In this document: positions 32,868-43,634 of the stretch, one piece after another
Layout: each line of letters starts with the position of its first letter
Position numbering within the stretch: the stretch's first letter is position 1
Assembly (NCBI GenBank): GCA_017577895.2
Contig: PKQY02000004.1
Location: forward strand, 4,834 to 68,833
From: Bacillota bacterium
GTDB taxonomy: Bacteria; Bacillota; Bacilli; ZCTH02-B2
Direction of reading: 5' to 3'
Length of the DNA: 64,000 bases
Position numbers and translations under genes: made by a program
Notes under the pieces: generated by a model
The model's input: the letters and a program-made list of their open reading frames with translations, nothing else
Told to the model about the DNA's origin: nothing
The model's database searches: none

Positions 32868-35639
32868 TCAAGCGGTGTAATATTTTTCTACCGCGTCGGC
32901 ACAGCGGCGACAAAGGGTCGGGTGCTTGGCGTCGGTGCCCACTTCCGGCGATACGACCCAGCACCGCTCGCACTTTTCACCGCTGGCATGCTTGACGGCC
33001 ACCAATAAGGGCACCTCCTGGTGCGCCCGAATTTCCGCTCCGGGGGGATGGAGCGTCACCTGCGAGACGATAAACAGTTTGTCTAAATGTTGAAATTGGC
33101 TCAACAACGCGTACGTCTCCTCATCGGGGTACAAATCCACCGATGCGGCCAGCGACGTCCCGATCACTTTCTCTTTCCGCGCATCTTCCAGTGCCTTTAG
33201 CACCACATCCCGCAACTCCATGAACTTATGCCAGCGCTCCACCGTCGCTTTGTCCAAGGACACCCGCTGCTCCGTCGGCATGTCGGTCAGCTGGACGCTG
33301 ATGACTTCCGTCCCCGGCGCATGCCGCCACACTTCTTCGGCGGTATGGGGCAAAATGGGCGCCACCAAGCGGACCAAGGAATGGAGCACTTCGTACAACA
33401 CCGTCTGCACCGCCCGCCGTTCCGGTGCATCGGTCCCTTGGGTATACAGGATGTCTTTGGAAATATCGAAATAAAACTGGCTCAGTTCCACCGTACAAAA
33501 ATTGTTCAACGTATGGTAAACCACATGGAACTCATAGGCGTCGTACGCTTGAATCGTCCGCTTCTCCACTTCTTGGAGGCGATGCAACATATACTGTTCC
33601 AAATCCGGCAAATCGCTGTACGGAACGCGATTCGCTTTCGGATCGAAATCGTACAAGTTTCCCAGCATAAAACGGAACGTGTTGCGGATTTTGCGGTACA
33701 CCTCGGCGATCTGCTTGAGAATGCTGTCGGAAATCCGCACATCGGCCATGTAATCCACCGAGGCCACCCACAGGCGCAAAATGTCCGCCCCCAGTTGTTT
33801 CATCACGTCTTGCGGGGCAATGACGTTGCCCAACGACTTGGACATTTTCCGCCCTTCGCCGTCCAGCGTAAAACCGTGGCTGAGCACTTGCCGGTACGGC
33901 GCTTTTCCGGTCGTGGCCACGGCCGTCGAAATGGAGGAGTTAAACCAGCCCCGGTACTGGTCCGACCCTTCCAAATACATGTCCGCCGGCCATGTCAAGT
34001 CCGGATGCCGTTTCAAAACGGCGGCATGGCTGGATCCGGAGTCGAACCAGACATCCATGATGTCGGTCTCTTTGGTGAACGTCGTCCCGGAACAGGCCGG
34101 GCACTTCAAGCCGGGCGGCACCAATTCCTCCACCGGTCGGGCAAACCAGGCCGAAGACCCTTCTTTTTCGACGATCCCCGCCACATGTTCGATGGTCTCG
34201 TCGTTGACGATAATTTCCCCGCAGTCGGCACAATAAAAAATCGGAATGGGCACCCCCCACACCCGCTGCCGGGAAATGCACCAGTCGCGGCGCTCTTGAA
34301 TCATGTTGTACAGGCGCTGTTCGCCCCACGGCGGCGTAAAGCGGACGTTTTTGATCTCGTTGAGCATCGCCTCGCGGAAGCCGTCGATGGAAGCAAACCA
34401 CTGTTCCGTCGCCCGGAAGATGACCGGCTGTTTCGTCCGCCAGTCATGGGGGTATTGGTGGGTGATGAAGTCGAGTTTCAGCAACATGCCTTCATTCTGG
34501 AGCTTCTCGGTAATTTTTTTGTTGGCATCGTCGTAAAACAGTCCGGCAAAGCCGGGAGCTTCTTCCGTAAAATACCCCTTGTCATCCACCGGCGACAAAA
34601 CGGGCAAGCCGTATTTTTGCCCGACATAAAAGTCGTCTTCTCCGTGCCCCGGAGCCGTATGCACGCATCCGGTTCCGGCGTCCAGCGTGACGTGCTCGCC
34701 CAGCACGACCAACGAATCCCGGTCATAGTCGGCAAACGGATGGCGACAGACGATGCCCTCCAGCTGTTTGCCGACAAATTTTTGCCGCACGTTTACCCGT
34801 TCCCAGCCGACGGCCTTCTTGACTTGCTCAAGCAGCCCTTCTGCCACCACGTATTGCTCGCCGTCCGCTTCCACCAAGACATAGGTGTAGTCGGGATGCA
34901 CGGCCACAGCCATGTTGGCCGGCAACGTCCAAGGCGTCGTCGTCCAGATGACGAAGTACGTCTTTTCGTTCGACAACAACCCTTTGCCGTCTTTGACCGG
35001 AAATTTCACGTAGATGGAGGGAGAACGTTTGTCTTTGTACTCAATTTCGGCTTCCGCCAAAGCCGTCTCCGAAGACGGCGACCAGTAAACCGGCTTCAAC
35101 CCTTTGTAGATATACCCTTTTTTGGCCATTTGGCCAAAGACGCGGATTTGTTCCGCCTCATATTCCGGCATTAACGTCAAATACGGGTTGTTCCAGTCGC
35201 CGCGCACGCCCAGCCGCTTAAACTGTTCCCGCTGCCGGTTGACATAGTGCAACGCGTACTCCTTGCACTTTTCGCGGAATTCCAGCACATCCATTTTGTG
35301 CCGGTCGAGATTTTGGCTTTTGATGATGGCCTGCTCGATGGGCAAGCCGTGGGTATCCCAGCCGGGCACGTACGGCGCATCATATCCGTTCATCGATTTA
35401 AAGCGGATGATGATGTCCTTCAAGATTTTGTTCAAAGCGTGGCCGATATGGATGTCGCCGTTGGCATACGGCGGGCCGTCATGCAGGACAAACTTCGGTT
35501 TTCCTTTTTGCCGTTCCTGCACTTTTTCGTAAATCCCGATTTCATCCCACCACGCCTGAATTTCCGGCTCCCGATTCGGCAAATTCGCCCGCATGGGAAA
35601 ATCGGTTTTTGGCAAATTGATGGTCTTACTGTAATCCAT
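32868..35639 (-). CDS. ileS: Isoleucine--tRNA ligase (bacterial type 1)
   Basis: [34 protein letters not shown]-terminal Zn finger CERCW...CRRC. Confidence 0.98.
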   Translation of the reverse strand: MDYSKTINLPKTDFPMRANLPNREPEIQAWWDEIGIYEKVQERQKGKPKFVLHDGPPYANGDIHIGHALNKILKDIIIRFKSMNGYDAPYVPGWDTHGLPIEQAIIKSQNLDRHKMDVLEFREKCKEYALHYVNRQREQFKRLGVRGDWNNPYLTLMPEYEAEQIRVFGQMAKKGYIYKGLKPVYWSPSSETALAEAEIEYKDKRSPSIYVKFPVKDGKGLLSNEKTYFVIWTTTPWTLPANMAVAVHPDYTYVLVEADGEQYVVAEGLLEQVKKAVGWERVNVRQKFVGKQLEGIVCRHPFADYDRDSLVVLGEHVTLDAGTGCVHTAPGHGEDDFYVGQKYGLPVLSPVDDKGYFTEEAPGFAGLFYDDANKKITEKLQNEGMLLKLDFITHQYPHDWRTKQPVIFRATEQWFASIDGFREAMLNEIKNVRFTPPWGEQRLYNMIQERRDWCISRQRVWGVPIPIFYCADCGEIIVNDETIEHVAGIVEKEGSSAWFARPVEELVPPGLKCPACSGTTFTKETDIMDVWFDSGSSHAAVLKRHPDLTWPADMYLEGSDQYRGWFNSSISTAVATTGKAPYRQVLSHGFTLDGEGRKMSKSLGNVIAPQDVMKQLGADILRLWVASVDYMADVRISDSILKQIAEVYRKIRNTFRFMLGNLYDFDPKANRVPYSDLPDLEQYMLHRLQEVEKRTIQAYDAYEFHVVYHTLNNFCTVELSQFYFDISKDILYTQGTDAPERRAVQTVLYEVLHSLVRLVAPILPHTAEEVWRHAPGTEVISVQLTDMPTEQRVSLDKATVERWHKFMELRDVVLKALEDARKEKVIGTSLAASVDLYPDEETYALLSQFQHLDKLFIVSQVTLHPPGAEIRAHQEVPLLVAVKHASGEKCERCWVVSPEVGTDAKHPTLCRRCADAVEKYYTA

Positions 35640-35701
35640 CTTGAACCCTCTTTCTATCATCCCGGTGCTCATGCCTACTCGTTCATGACAAGATCCCTTC
35701 C

Positions 35702-35730
35702 ATTATATCCCTGATGGCCAAGATGGTCAA
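35702..35730 (-). promoter_or_regulatory. SigA promoter for ileS
   Basis: TTGACC-N17-TATAAT about 60 nt upstream of the ATG. Confidence 0.8.
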
Positions 35731-35743
35731 AAAGGCCGGGCGT

Positions 35744-36241
35744 TCACGCATTTTCCCGCACTTCCAGAAGCGGCTTATCATCTTCATCGATGAAATCCCA
35801 TTCGTCACTTTCCAGCATTTCCAACTGGGCTTCCAACAACGTGCGGAAACGGGTGCGGTAGACGACGACCCGTTTTTTCAATTCTTCGATTTCAGCGAGG
35901 ATGGCACGGGACTTCATCAAGGCTTCGTTAATGATCCGATCCGCGTTTTTCTCCGCTTCCCGAACGATCAATTGGGATTCTTTCCGGGCGTTGCCCTTCA
36001 ATGCTTCCGCCGCTTCCTGCGCCACGACAATAGACTTATGTAACGTTTCTTCCAATTGCTCATAATGGGCCAGCTTTTCTTTCAGCTCGGCATTTTCTTC
36101 CTCAAGCCGCTTGATGTCGCGAATCATCGCCTCATAATCTTTGATGATCTGATCGAGAAACTCATTCACTTCATCTTCGTCATAGCCGCGGAAACTGCGG
36201 CTGAACTCTTTGTTGTGAATATCCAATGGGGTTAACGGCAT
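35744..36241 (-). CDS. divIVA: Cell division protein DivIVA
   Basis: MPLTPLDIHNKEFSRSFRGYDEDEVNEFLD followed by a coiled coil; SD GGAGGTG. Confidence 0.97.
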   Translation of the reverse strand: MPLTPLDIHNKEFSRSFRGYDEDEVNEFLDQIIKDYEAMIRDIKRLEEENAELKEKLAHYEQLEETLHKSIVVAQEAAEALKGNARKESQLIVREAEKNADRIINEALMKSRAILAEIEELKKRVVVYRTRFRTLLEAQLEMLESDEWDFIDEDDKPLLEVRENA

Positions 36242-36306
36242 GGTGACACCTCCATTGCGAGTACGAAAATCTGGCCACACGCCTTCAAATCGGAATAATA
36301 ATCAAT

Positions 36307-36333
36307 ATTCGACAAGCGATCCTTCTTTCCTGC
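36307..36333 (-). promoter_or_regulatory. SigH-type promoter for divIVA with an overlapping Spo0A box
   Basis: GCAGGAAAG-N11-GTCGAAT; TGTCGAA (perfect 0A box) at 36308-36314. Confidence 0.6.
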
Positions 36334-36347
36334 CCGCGCTTCGCCGC

Positions 36348-37142
36348 TCACACCGTTTTTCCGACCTCGACCCGCAACCGCCCCTTGCGACTTTCCCCCA
36401 CAATGGCCAACAAGCGAAACCGCCCATATTTTCGAATGGCCACCAAATCACCAGGTTGCAAGGGGCAGGCCGGATCGTCCTCCACTTTCCAATTGACTTT
36501 CACCGCCTGCTCTTTCACCAATTGCGCCGCTTTGGCGCGGGAAAGACGGCACACTTCGGCGACGAAAGCATCCAAGCGCAAGGAAGACAGCGTTGCCGTA
36601 AACTGTTCCATTTCCGGCTGCGGCGGAATGAGTTCACTCCATGACAACGCTTCAACGCGAAGGGAAAAATGATGGACTTTCGTCCAGTGCAGCGTCAAAT
36701 AATCGACCACTTCCTTGGCCACGACGACCTGGGCCACCCGGCGGTCCGGCGGGAGCAACCACAAATCGCCAATTTTGTCCCTTTTGATGCCCGTATGGAG
36801 CAACGAACCTAAAAAATGCCGATGCTCGATGGCCGATGACCCATGTCCCACCGGCTCTGCCTGCAGGAGGACAATGTTGAAATCGTCGGCGGTCAATGAA
36901 CCGGGATGCCAAAGCGACATCCAAGCCCGCCTCCGTTCCGCCTCGGGATAACCGCCGTGGAAAAACACCTTCACGCCCCGGTGCGCTGCCAACGACTGCA
37001 GGATGAACGCCTGCCGCGGATCGAGAAACGGCGTGCAGACCGGTCGGTTCCGACAGGCCGCATCCAACCAATCTTCCACCCGGGCGACAAAGGGACGTTC
37101 CTCCGGCGTAAAATGCACGTATCGGCCCGTTGTTGTGTCCAT
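36348..37142 (-). CDS. ylmH: YlmH S4-domain RNA-binding protein
   Basis: FLDPR, GGYPEAERRR, HRHFLGSLL, SLRLD, C-terminal S4 domain; synteny. Confidence 0.92.
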   Translation of the reverse strand: MDTTTGRYVHFTPEERPFVARVEDWLDAACRNRPVCTPFLDPRQAFILQSLAAHRGVKVFFHGGYPEAERRRAWMSLWHPGSLTADDFNIVLLQAEPVGHGSSAIEHRHFLGSLLHTGIKRDKIGDLWLLPPDRRVAQVVVAKEVVDYLTLHWTKVHHFSLRVEALSWSELIPPQPEMEQFTATLSSLRLDAFVAEVCRLSRAKAAQLVKEQAVKVNWKVEDDPACPLQPGDLVAIRKYGRFRLLAIVGESRKGRLRVEVGKTV

Positions 37143-37161
37143 GCCGCGTCGCCTCTTTCCG

Positions 37162-37425
37162 TCACAAGATCATCCGCAAGACGACAAACAGGCCTTGTTG
37201 AATAAATTGCAAAGCGATCAGCGCGACGACCGGCGAAATGTCAATGAAGCCGATGGGCGGAATGAAGCGGCGAAAAATGGATAAGTACGGCTCCACGATC
37301 CGGCCGATGGCAACGCCGATGCTGCTTTCCCTTAAACCAGGAATCCACGAACTTAACACATAAAAAAAGATGAGCCAAAAATACACTTGAAAGGCAATAT
37401 TGATAATGGTATACAAAGTACTCAT
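37162..37425 (-). CDS. ylmG: YggT-family membrane protein YlmG
   Basis: LSSWIP, EPYLSIFRRFIPPIGFIDISP. Confidence 0.93.
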   Translation of the reverse strand: MSTLYTIINIAFQVYFWLIFFYVLSSWIPGLRESSIGVAIGRIVEPYLSIFRRFIPPIGFIDISPVVALIALQFIQQGLFVVLRMIL

Positions 37426-37449
37426 CGCTTCACCTCATGCGCCCCATGT

Positions 37450-37842
37450 TCAATCCTGATGCACATAATCGGAAATGGTGCCTTCCATTTCCACGTTGTC
37501 GGGCGTGCACAGAAAAATATCGGTGCCGACTTTCTGGATGTGCCCATTGAGGGCATAGACGGTGCCACTCAGAAAGTCCACCACCCGCCGGGCCTGTTCC
37601 TTCCGCATCCGTTGCAAATTGACAACCACGGTTCGCCGGTTTTTCAAATGGTCGGCAATCATCTGCGCCTCGTCATAAGACTGCGGTTCACTGAGAATGA
37701 CCCGAATCGTCGGTTGGGTATGAATACTCACGACTTTTTGCGACTTTTTTGGCGGCAACATCTCTTGTTCATCCACGACTTCTTCGTAGATTTCTTCGAC
37801 TTCATCTTGCCAGCCAAAAAAGTTCATGATCCGACTCAGCAT
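37450..37842 (-). CDS. sepF: Cell division protein SepF
   Basis: Amphipathic N-terminus, [36 protein letters not shown]; alternative GTG at 37854. Confidence 0.95.
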   Translation of the reverse strand: MLSRIMNFFGWQDEVEEIYEEVVDEQEMLPPKKSQKVVSIHTQPTIRVILSEPQSYDEAQMIADHLKNRRTVVVNLQRMRKEQARRVVDFLSGTVYALNGHIQKVGTDIFLCTPDNVEMEGTISDYVHQD

Positions 37843-37850
37843 CTCTATCT

Positions 37851-38561
37851 TCACCCTCCCTTTCCGGTCGCATCGTACAAGATTTGGCCTAAACGGACAA
37901 ACGTCGCCCCTTCTTCCACCGCCACTTCAAAATCTCCCGACATGCCCATGGACAAGTGTTTTGCCGGAACGTTCGGAATCCCCATGGCCTGCACTTCATC
38001 GCGCAATTCCCGCAACCGCCGAAAAATCGGCCTCGTCGTTTCCGGATCGTCGGTTTTGGGCGCCATGGTCATCAACCCTACGACCCGAATATACTGCAAC
38101 TTCCCAATCGCTTCAACAAACCGCTTCACTTCTTCCGGCGACACCCCCGACTTCGTCGCCTCTCCCGACACGTTAACCTGTAAAAAACATGTCACCGGCT
38201 CACCGGCTTTAGCCGCACGCTTGTCCAATTCCTGGGCCAAAGAAAGCCGATCCAGCGAGTGGATGTAGTGAAAACGCCCCAATACATCCTTCACTTTGTT
38301 CGTTTGCAAATGCCCGATAAAATGCCACGTCCCTCGTTCCCCCAACTGTTCCCATTTCTTGACAGCGGCTTGCGCCCGATTCTCACCGACATGTTCAAAG
38401 CCTAACTCCAACAGCTGGCGCATCTCGTCCACGTCCAAATACTTGGTGACGGCCACCACCGTAACATCCTCGGGCGAACGGCCGCTGCGCCGGCAAGCCC
38501 GGTCGATGCGCTCCTGTACCCGCAGCCAGTTGTCCCGAACGCGGGCAGCCCACTCGCTCAT
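37851..38561 (-). CDS. ylmE: PLP homeostasis protein (YggS/YlmE)
   Basis: [32 protein letters not shown]. Confidence 0.95.
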   Translation of the reverse strand: MSEWAARVRDNWLRVQERIDRACRRSGRSPEDVTVVAVTKYLDVDEMRQLLELGFEHVGENRAQAAVKKWEQLGERGTWHFIGHLQTNKVKDVLGRFHYIHSLDRLSLAQELDKRAAKAGEPVTCFLQVNVSGEATKSGVSPEEVKRFVEAIGKLQYIRVVGLMTMAPKTDDPETTRPIFRRLRELRDEVQAMGIPNVPAKHLSMGMSGDFEVAVEEGATFVRLGQILYDATGKGG

Positions 38562-39361
38562 CGGCCATCCCCTTCCTTCTGTCCGATCCATGCCAGCATC
38601 CTTCCTGCCTTTGGTCCCTCCTTGCGATACGAATAAAACAAATCGGTCCGGCATGCCGTGCAATATTGGGATACGCTGATGTGCGACGGGGGTACGCCAG
38701 CGCGCACGAGCAGCCGCCGATTCAAAGCTTTGAGATCCAGCAGCCACTTTCCTTCTCCTTGGGGACAACACACCTCTTCGGTGCCATCCGGCAACACCCG
38801 TTGCACAGCATCGACCACTGGCGCATCCACCTGATAGCAACAACCGCCGATGGACGGACCGATGGCCACCCACACCCCGTCCGGCTGAATCAGCCACACT
38901 TTTCGGAAATGTTCTAGCATCCGAGCGGCCATATTCTGCGTTGAACCGCGCCATCCAGCGTGGGCTAATGCGATGACGCCGCGATTCGGTGCAAAAAAGT
39001 AAATCGGTACACAGTCGGCAAAAAACAGCGACAACACCGTCTCTTTCAAGCCGGTGCTCAAACCGTCCGTCTCCGGTATGGCATGTCCCGCATCGCGCAT
39101 GCCCCGCCCCCGCTGTGAGCCGTCGACGACCTGGACCCCTGTCCCGTGCACCTGTTGGGCAAACGTAAAACCGGCAAAGGAAAAACCCAACCGTTCAGCC
39201 AGCTTTTCCCGTCGCTCTGTGACGTCGTGAACCCTTTCGTCTGGCCGAAAGGCCATATTCCCCAGGTCACGGGTCGTCATGCCGACGGCCAATCCCGGCC
39301 ACCGCTTTTCCCAAGCGGCGAGCCGCAACAAACCGTCGCTTCCCAAATGGAACGGTTCCAC
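38558..39361 (-). CDS. pgeF: PgeF/YfiH (YlmD) peptidoglycan editing factor / purine nucleoside enzyme
   Basis: QVHG, ADCVP, HAGWRG, GPSIGGCCY, CTAC, YSYR. Confidence 0.93.
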   Translation of the reverse strand: MEPFHLGSDGLLRLAAWEKRWPGLAVGMTTRDLGNMAFRPDERVHDVTERREKLAERLGFSFAGFTFAQQVHGTGVQVVDGSQRGRGMRDAGHAIPETDGLSTGLKETVLSLFFADCVPIYFFAPNRGVIALAHAGWRGSTQNMAARMLEHFRKVWLIQPDGVWVAIGPSIGGCCYQVDAPVVDAVQRVLPDGTEEVCCPQGEGKWLLDLKALNRRLLVRAGVPPSHISVSQYCTACRTDLFYSYRKEGPKAGRMLAWIGQKEGDGR

Positions 39362-39414
39362 CAGCTCGGATCACCTCTTTGACGGATCAGACAAAATCCG
39401 CTCCGTTTCTTCGA

Positions 39415-39705
39415 TTATACCTTATTTCCATTCTTAACCGCCACGATAGGCGAGGGAATCGATCGATCCAAGTCGTCGCCGACACGGACCAACACACAAT
39501 CGATCCCGATTTTTACAATATTCGTCCAAGGGATGACCTTTTCCTTTCCGTGGCCGAAAATCCCAAAAAATTTGCCTTCTCCCGGCAACACGACGGCCGT
39601 GATGCGCCCCCGTTCCGGATCAATGACGACGTCGGAAATATAACCTAATCGTCTCCCGTCTAAAATATTGATGACGACCCGAGCCTGTAATTCTGAAACC
39701 CTCAC
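39415..39705 (-). CDS. ylmC: YlmC/YmxH PRC-barrel sporulation protein
   Basis: RVSELQ...VINILDGRRLG...IPWTNIVKIGIDCVLV; follows sigG. Confidence 0.92.
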   Translation of the reverse strand: MRVSELQARVVINILDGRRLGYISDVVIDPERGRITAVVLPGEGKFFGIFGHGKEKVIPWTNIVKIGIDCVLVRVGDDLDRSIPSPIVAVKNGNKV

Positions 39706-39744
39706 TGTTTTCCCGCCTTTCGCAACGCCTCACCTTTCAACTAA

Positions 39745-39772
39745 AGTATATGTCACCGTTCCTTGAAAGTGT
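39745..39772 (-). promoter_or_regulatory. Putative mother-cell (SigE/SigK-type) promoter for ylmC
   Basis: ACAC-N16-CATATACT. Confidence 0.4.
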
Positions 39773-39783
39773 CTATAAGATAG

Positions 39784-39809
39784 AAAAAGGAGCTCTTGTG
39801 GTGAGCTCC
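39784..39809 (-). terminator. Intrinsic terminator after sigG
   Basis: GGAGCTC-accacaa-GAGCTCC followed by TTTTT. Confidence 0.75.
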
Positions 39810-39858
39810 CGCTTGATGCTCCTTTGTTCGTTGTTCGTTTTTAGCTGTTCGTTTCGGC

Positions 39859-40638
39859 TTAACTGGTGACGTCTTTTTGCATTTGTTGGATGGCCGCCTT
39901 TTCGAGTCGGGAAACTTGTGCCTGGGAGATGCCGATTTCCTCGGCCACTTCCACCTGGGTCTTCCCCTCAAAAAAGCGCATGGACAAGATCAATTTTTCC
40001 CGCGCGTTTAATTTTTTCATCGCTTCCCGTAAGGCGATATGGTCGACCCACTGGGCATCCCGTTGCCGCTCGTCACTGATTTGGTCCATGATGTAAATCG
40101 GATCGCCGCCGTCGTGATAAATGGGCTCAAACAGCGAAACGGGATCTTGGATGGCGTCCAATGCAAAGACCACGTCCTCGTTCGGCAATCCCAGCTTCTC
40201 GGAAATCTCGTGCACCGTCGGCTCCCGCGAATATTGATTGGTAAGTTCATCCCGAACTTGCAGGGCGCGATAGGCGATATCCCGCAGCGAACGAGACACG
40301 CGAATCGGGTTGTTATCCCGCAAGTAGCGGCGAATTTCCCCGATGATCATCGGCACGGCATAGGTCGAAAACTTGACGTTTTGACTCAAGTCAAAGTTGT
40401 CGATGGCCTTCATCAACCCGATACATCCCACTTGGAACAAATCGTCCACGTATTCCCCGCGGTTGTTGAACCGTTGAATGACGCTGAGCACGAGACGGAG
40501 GTTGCCGTTGACCAGTTTTTGTCGGGCCGTCCAATCACCGTCCTGGTATTGCCTGAACAGTTCGCGCATTTCTTCGTTGCTCAACACCGGAAGTTTGGAC
40601 GTATCGACGCCGCATATCTCCACCTTGTTCCTGGCCAA
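39859..40638 (-). CDS. sigG: Sporulation sigma factor SigG
   Basis: NKVEICGVDTSKLPVL, DDLFQVGCIGLMKAIDNFD, GISQAQVSRLEK; TTG start. Confidence 0.97.
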   Translation of the reverse strand: MARNKVEICGVDTSKLPVLSNEEMRELFRQYQDGDWTARQKLVNGNLRLVLSVIQRFNNRGEYVDDLFQVGCIGLMKAIDNFDLSQNVKFSTYAVPMIIGEIRRYLRDNNPIRVSRSLRDIAYRALQVRDELTNQYSREPTVHEISEKLGLPNEDVVFALDAIQDPVSLFEPIYHDGGDPIYIMDQISDERQRDAQWVDHIALREAMKKLNAREKLILSMRFFEGKTQVEVAEEIGISQAQVSRLEKAAIQQMQKDVTS

Positions 40639-40675
40639 ACTTCTCCCTCCTCATGGGGCACCATCGGTCGATGTT

Positions 40676-40704
40676 CATTATCCCCCCTGGAGGGAAAAAT
40701 ATGC
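40676..40704 (-). promoter_or_regulatory. SigF/SigG-type promoter of sigG
   Basis: GCATA-tttttccctccagg-GGGGATAATG, with a short T-rich spacer as in B. subtilis PsigG. Confidence 0.75.
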
Positions 40705-40705
40705 T

Positions 40706-41431
40706 TCAAATCATTTTGCTGAATTCCTTTCGCAATCGATTGATGATTCGCTTTTCAAGACGGGAAATGTACGACTGGGAGATGCCCAACAAGTCGGCCA
40801 CATCTTTTTGCGTCCGCTCTTCACCGCCGTCCAGACCAAACCGCAATTCCATGATCGTCCTTTCCCGCTCGGACAATTTGGCCAACGCCTTATGTAACAA
40901 ATCCCGATCGATCTCTTCATCCAAATTGCGGTAAATCATATCGCCGTCGGTTCCCAACACGTCGGACAACAACAGTTCGTTCCCGTCCCAATCCACATTT
41001 AACGGTTCATCAAAGGACACTTCGGTCCGCGTTTTGTTGTTTCGCCGCAAGTACATTAAAATTTCGTTTTCGATGCACCGGGATGCGTACGTCGCCAGCT
41101 TGATCTTTTTGTCTGGATCGAACGTGTTCACGGCCTTGATGAGGCCGATGGTGCCGATGGAAATCAAATCTTCGATGTTCACCCGCGTATTTTCAAATTT
41201 TCGGGCAATGTAGACGACCAGCCGCAAATTTCGTTCAATCAGCATGGAACGAACCGCCGGATCCCCACTGGGCAACCGCTCCAGCAACAGTTCCTCCTCT
41301 TCCTTGCTTAAGGGCGGAGGCAAGGCTTCGCTGCCACCGATATAGTAGACGGTTTCCGACTTCAGCCCCAATTTCAGCAACAGGTTGGTCCACCACAAAC
41401 GCAACTGCAACCGCCATTTCAAGAACCGCAC
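40706..41431 (-). CDS. sigE: Sporulation sigma factor pro-SigE
   Basis: Basic pro-sequence then [43 protein letters not shown]. Confidence 0.97.
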   Translation of the reverse strand: MRFLKWRLQLRLWWTNLLLKLGLKSETVYYIGGSEALPPPLSKEEEELLLERLPSGDPAVRSMLIERNLRLVVYIARKFENTRVNIEDLISIGTIGLIKAVNTFDPDKKIKLATYASRCIENEILMYLRRNNKTRTEVSFDEPLNVDWDGNELLLSDVLGTDGDMIYRNLDEEIDRDLLHKALAKLSERERTIMELRFGLDGGEERTQKDVADLLGISQSYISRLEKRIINRLRKEFSKMI

Positions 41432-41446
41432 GTCGAAAGACCCTCC

Positions 41447-42361
41447 TCAGCTCGCTTGATATTGTAACAACGACGGATGGACAATGGCTTGGTAAGTGCC
41501 GTCTGGGGACAAGGACACCGACGTCAGACCGATGAGGACACGTCGGACGTCATAGCGGCGCTCGCCCATTTGCAGCGACAAACCGTCAGGACGCAAAGCC
41601 ACCAGCCACGCGTCGGCCCGCCCCACCGTTCGATACGGGATGATGCGCAACTGGCTGGCCCAGGCATCATCCAGCGTGTCCAGCATCTCGTCCAACCGGC
41701 CTTCCGATGCCGCATCCACCATACGCACCAACGGCGCCGGCAAAAACGGCATGGCCGCCACTTCGACAAGCATGACCGGCATCCGACTGATGGGGTCGTA
41801 CAACTGGTTTCCCGTATCGACGAGCCCGGTGCATTGAAAGCGATGACCCAATACCGTTCCGGCCACTTGCAACAATTGATCAAAAACGAGTTTTTGACGT
41901 TGCAGCGAGCGGTACGTCCACCGGGAAAACCACCAGGAAAACGGATAACCAACCGCCAGCACGCCCAAAACGCTGCATTGCATCATATCGGCGGACCGCA
42001 GGAAACGGAACGCGTACAGCACATCCACTTGCGACTGCAGCAACCAGTACAACGCCATGACACAACCGCCCATGACAAAGGCGGTCATGTAAAAGGTGGC
42101 CAAAAGCCGGAAAAAAGGCCGCCATCCCGCAAAGCCGAAGGCCAGGAGCACGAGGATGCACGAAAAACAAATTTTTGCCAAAAACGTATATAGAAAGCCG
42201 AAGCGCAAATAGAAAAAGAAAAGGACGTACGTACCGCCCAAAACAGCGGCCGCCCACATGCGCCATTTTTTGACGGGCTCCGTCCGCCATATGCTCGTCA
42301 AGGACAACAACAAGTAGTCGATCAGCACATTTTGGGCAAACAGCAGATCGATGTAGACCAT
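41447..42361 (-). CDS. spoIIGA: Pro-SigE processing aspartic protease SpoIIGA
   Basis: VYIDL...N...DYLLL, about five TM helices, catalytic DTGNQLYDP; precedes sigE. Confidence 0.94.
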   Translation of the reverse strand: MVYIDLLFAQNVLIDYLLLSLTSIWRTEPVKKWRMWAAAVLGGTYVLFFFYLRFGFLYTFLAKICFSCILVLLAFGFAGWRPFFRLLATFYMTAFVMGGCVMALYWLLQSQVDVLYAFRFLRSADMMQCSVLGVLAVGYPFSWWFSRWTYRSLQRQKLVFDQLLQVAGTVLGHRFQCTGLVDTGNQLYDPISRMPVMLVEVAAMPFLPAPLVRMVDAASEGRLDEMLDTLDDAWASQLRIIPYRTVGRADAWLVALRPDGLSLQMGERRYDVRRVLIGLTSVSLSPDGTYQAIVHPSLLQYQAS

Positions 42362-42391
42362 AGACGAGCCTCCGACTTCACGAGTAAGGCC

Positions 42392-42458
42392 AGTATAGTC
42401 CATCTATATTTCGTTGTCTGTCTAAACATGACACATCCGCCCTGCGTTTTTTGACGAT
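42392..42458 (-). promoter_or_regulatory. Spo0A-dependent spoIIG-type promoter
   Basis: TAGACA-N21-TATACT (over-long spacer); near-0A boxes TGTCTAA (42419-42425) and TGACGAT (42452-42458) on the opposite strand. Confidence 0.55.
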
Positions 42459-42479
42459 TAAAGGCAAAAGAGCGAAGGC

Positions 42480-42510
42480 AAAAAAAAATGCACCGCCCAA
42501 GGCAGTGCAT
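42480..42510 (-). terminator. Intrinsic terminator after ftsZ
   Basis: ATGCACTGCC-ttg-GGCGGTGCAT followed by a long T run. Confidence 0.85.
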
Positions 42511-42531
42511 GAACAATACTTTGCCGCCGCG

Positions 42532-43608
42532 TCAACGACGCCGGCGATTGCGCAAAAAGGTCGGAATGTCCAAGTTGTCGGACACGTTGAAAGGACGCAA
42601 GTCCATTTTGACGTCATCCTTCTCCACCCGGATGCTCGTCCGTTTCGACTCCTGCTTCTCGTCAAATCCCGTGGCGATGACGGTCACTTGAATCTCATCT
42701 TCCATCTCTTCCTTGATCACCGCGCCGAAAATCATGTTGACATCTTCGTCAGCGGCGGAAGCGACAATGTCCGCCGCTTCGTTCACCTCATACAGGCTGA
42801 GGTTGGCCCCGCCCGTAATGTTCATCAACACCCCGCGGGCACCGTCGATGGACGTTTCCAACAACGGGCTGCTAATGGCCTTTTTGGCCGCCTCCACTGC
42901 CCGGTTTTCGCCCGACGAAACACCAATGCCCATCAAGGCCGACCCTTGTTCGGTCATGATCGTCTTCACGTCGGCAAAGTCCAGGTTGATGAGGCCCGGT
43001 ACGGCAATTAAGTCCGAAATGCCCTGAACACCTTGGCGCAACACGTTGTCCGCTTCCCGGAACGCTTGCAACATGGGCGTGTTCTTGTCCACGATTTCCA
43101 ACAGCCGATCATTGGGAATCACGATCAACGTGTCCACTTTTTCTTTCAACGCCGCAATGCCGCTCTCGGCTTGCATGGCGCGCCGACGGCCTTCAAAACT
43201 GAACGGCCGGGTCACGACGCCCACCGTCAGTGCCCCAAGCGACTTGGCGATTTCGGCGATGATGGGTGCCGCCCCGGTGCCGGTTCCGCCGCCCATCCCC
43301 GCCGTGACGAAGACCATGTCGGCACCTTTGAGAATATTTTCCAACATTTCCCGGCTCTCTTCCGCCGCTTTTTTCCCGATTTCCGGATTGGCCCCGGCCC
43401 CTAAGCCCCGGGTCAGCTTTTCACCGATCTGAATTTTGTGTTCCGCTTTCGACAAATTCAACGCTTGCGCGTCGGTATTGACCGTAATAAATTCGACGCC
43501 CTTTACACCGCATTCAATCATCCGGTTCACCGCATTGCTGCCACCGCCGCCGACACCGATGACTTTAATTTGTGCCAGAGATTGGAAATCCATGTCAAAT
43601 TCGAGCAT
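42532..43608 (-). CDS. ftsZ: Cell division protein FtsZ
   Basis: [10 protein letters not shown], tubulin signature [16 protein letters not shown]-terminal [10 protein letters not shown]. Confidence 0.98.
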   Translation of the reverse strand: MLEFDMDFQSLAQIKVIGVGGGGSNAVNRMIECGVKGVEFITVNTDAQALNLSKAEHKIQIGEKLTRGLGAGANPEIGKKAAEESREMLENILKGADMVFVTAGMGGGTGTGAAPIIAEIAKSLGALTVGVVTRPFSFEGRRRAMQAESGIAALKEKVDTLIVIPNDRLLEIVDKNTPMLQAFREADNVLRQGVQGISDLIAVPGLINLDFADVKTIMTEQGSALMGIGVSSGENRAVEAAKKAISSPLLETSIDGARGVLMNITGGANLSLYEVNEAADIVASAADEDVNMIFGAVIKEEMEDEIQVTVIATGFDEKQESKRTSIRVEKDDVKMDLRPFNVSDNLDIPTFLRNRRRR

Positions 43609-43634
43609 CTTGGTTCCTCCCATCTGCATCCCCA

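Noticed and set aside
33228-35174. 648-aa plus-strand ORF antisense to ileS
   Set aside because: Shadow ORF: high GC3 and codon bias suppress antisense stops. No recognisable motifs, and it lies wholly inside an essential gene.
37851-38954. 367-aa ORF suggesting an N-terminally extended YlmE
   Set aside because: The extension overlaps pgeF in another frame; the start at 38561 has an SD and an ATGA overlap.
42361-42532. Absence of bpr, ylmA/ylmB, ylyA and the cysH cluster relative to B. subtilis
   Set aside because: These are lineage-variable insertions; direct ftsZ-spoIIGA and ileS-lspA adjacency is common.
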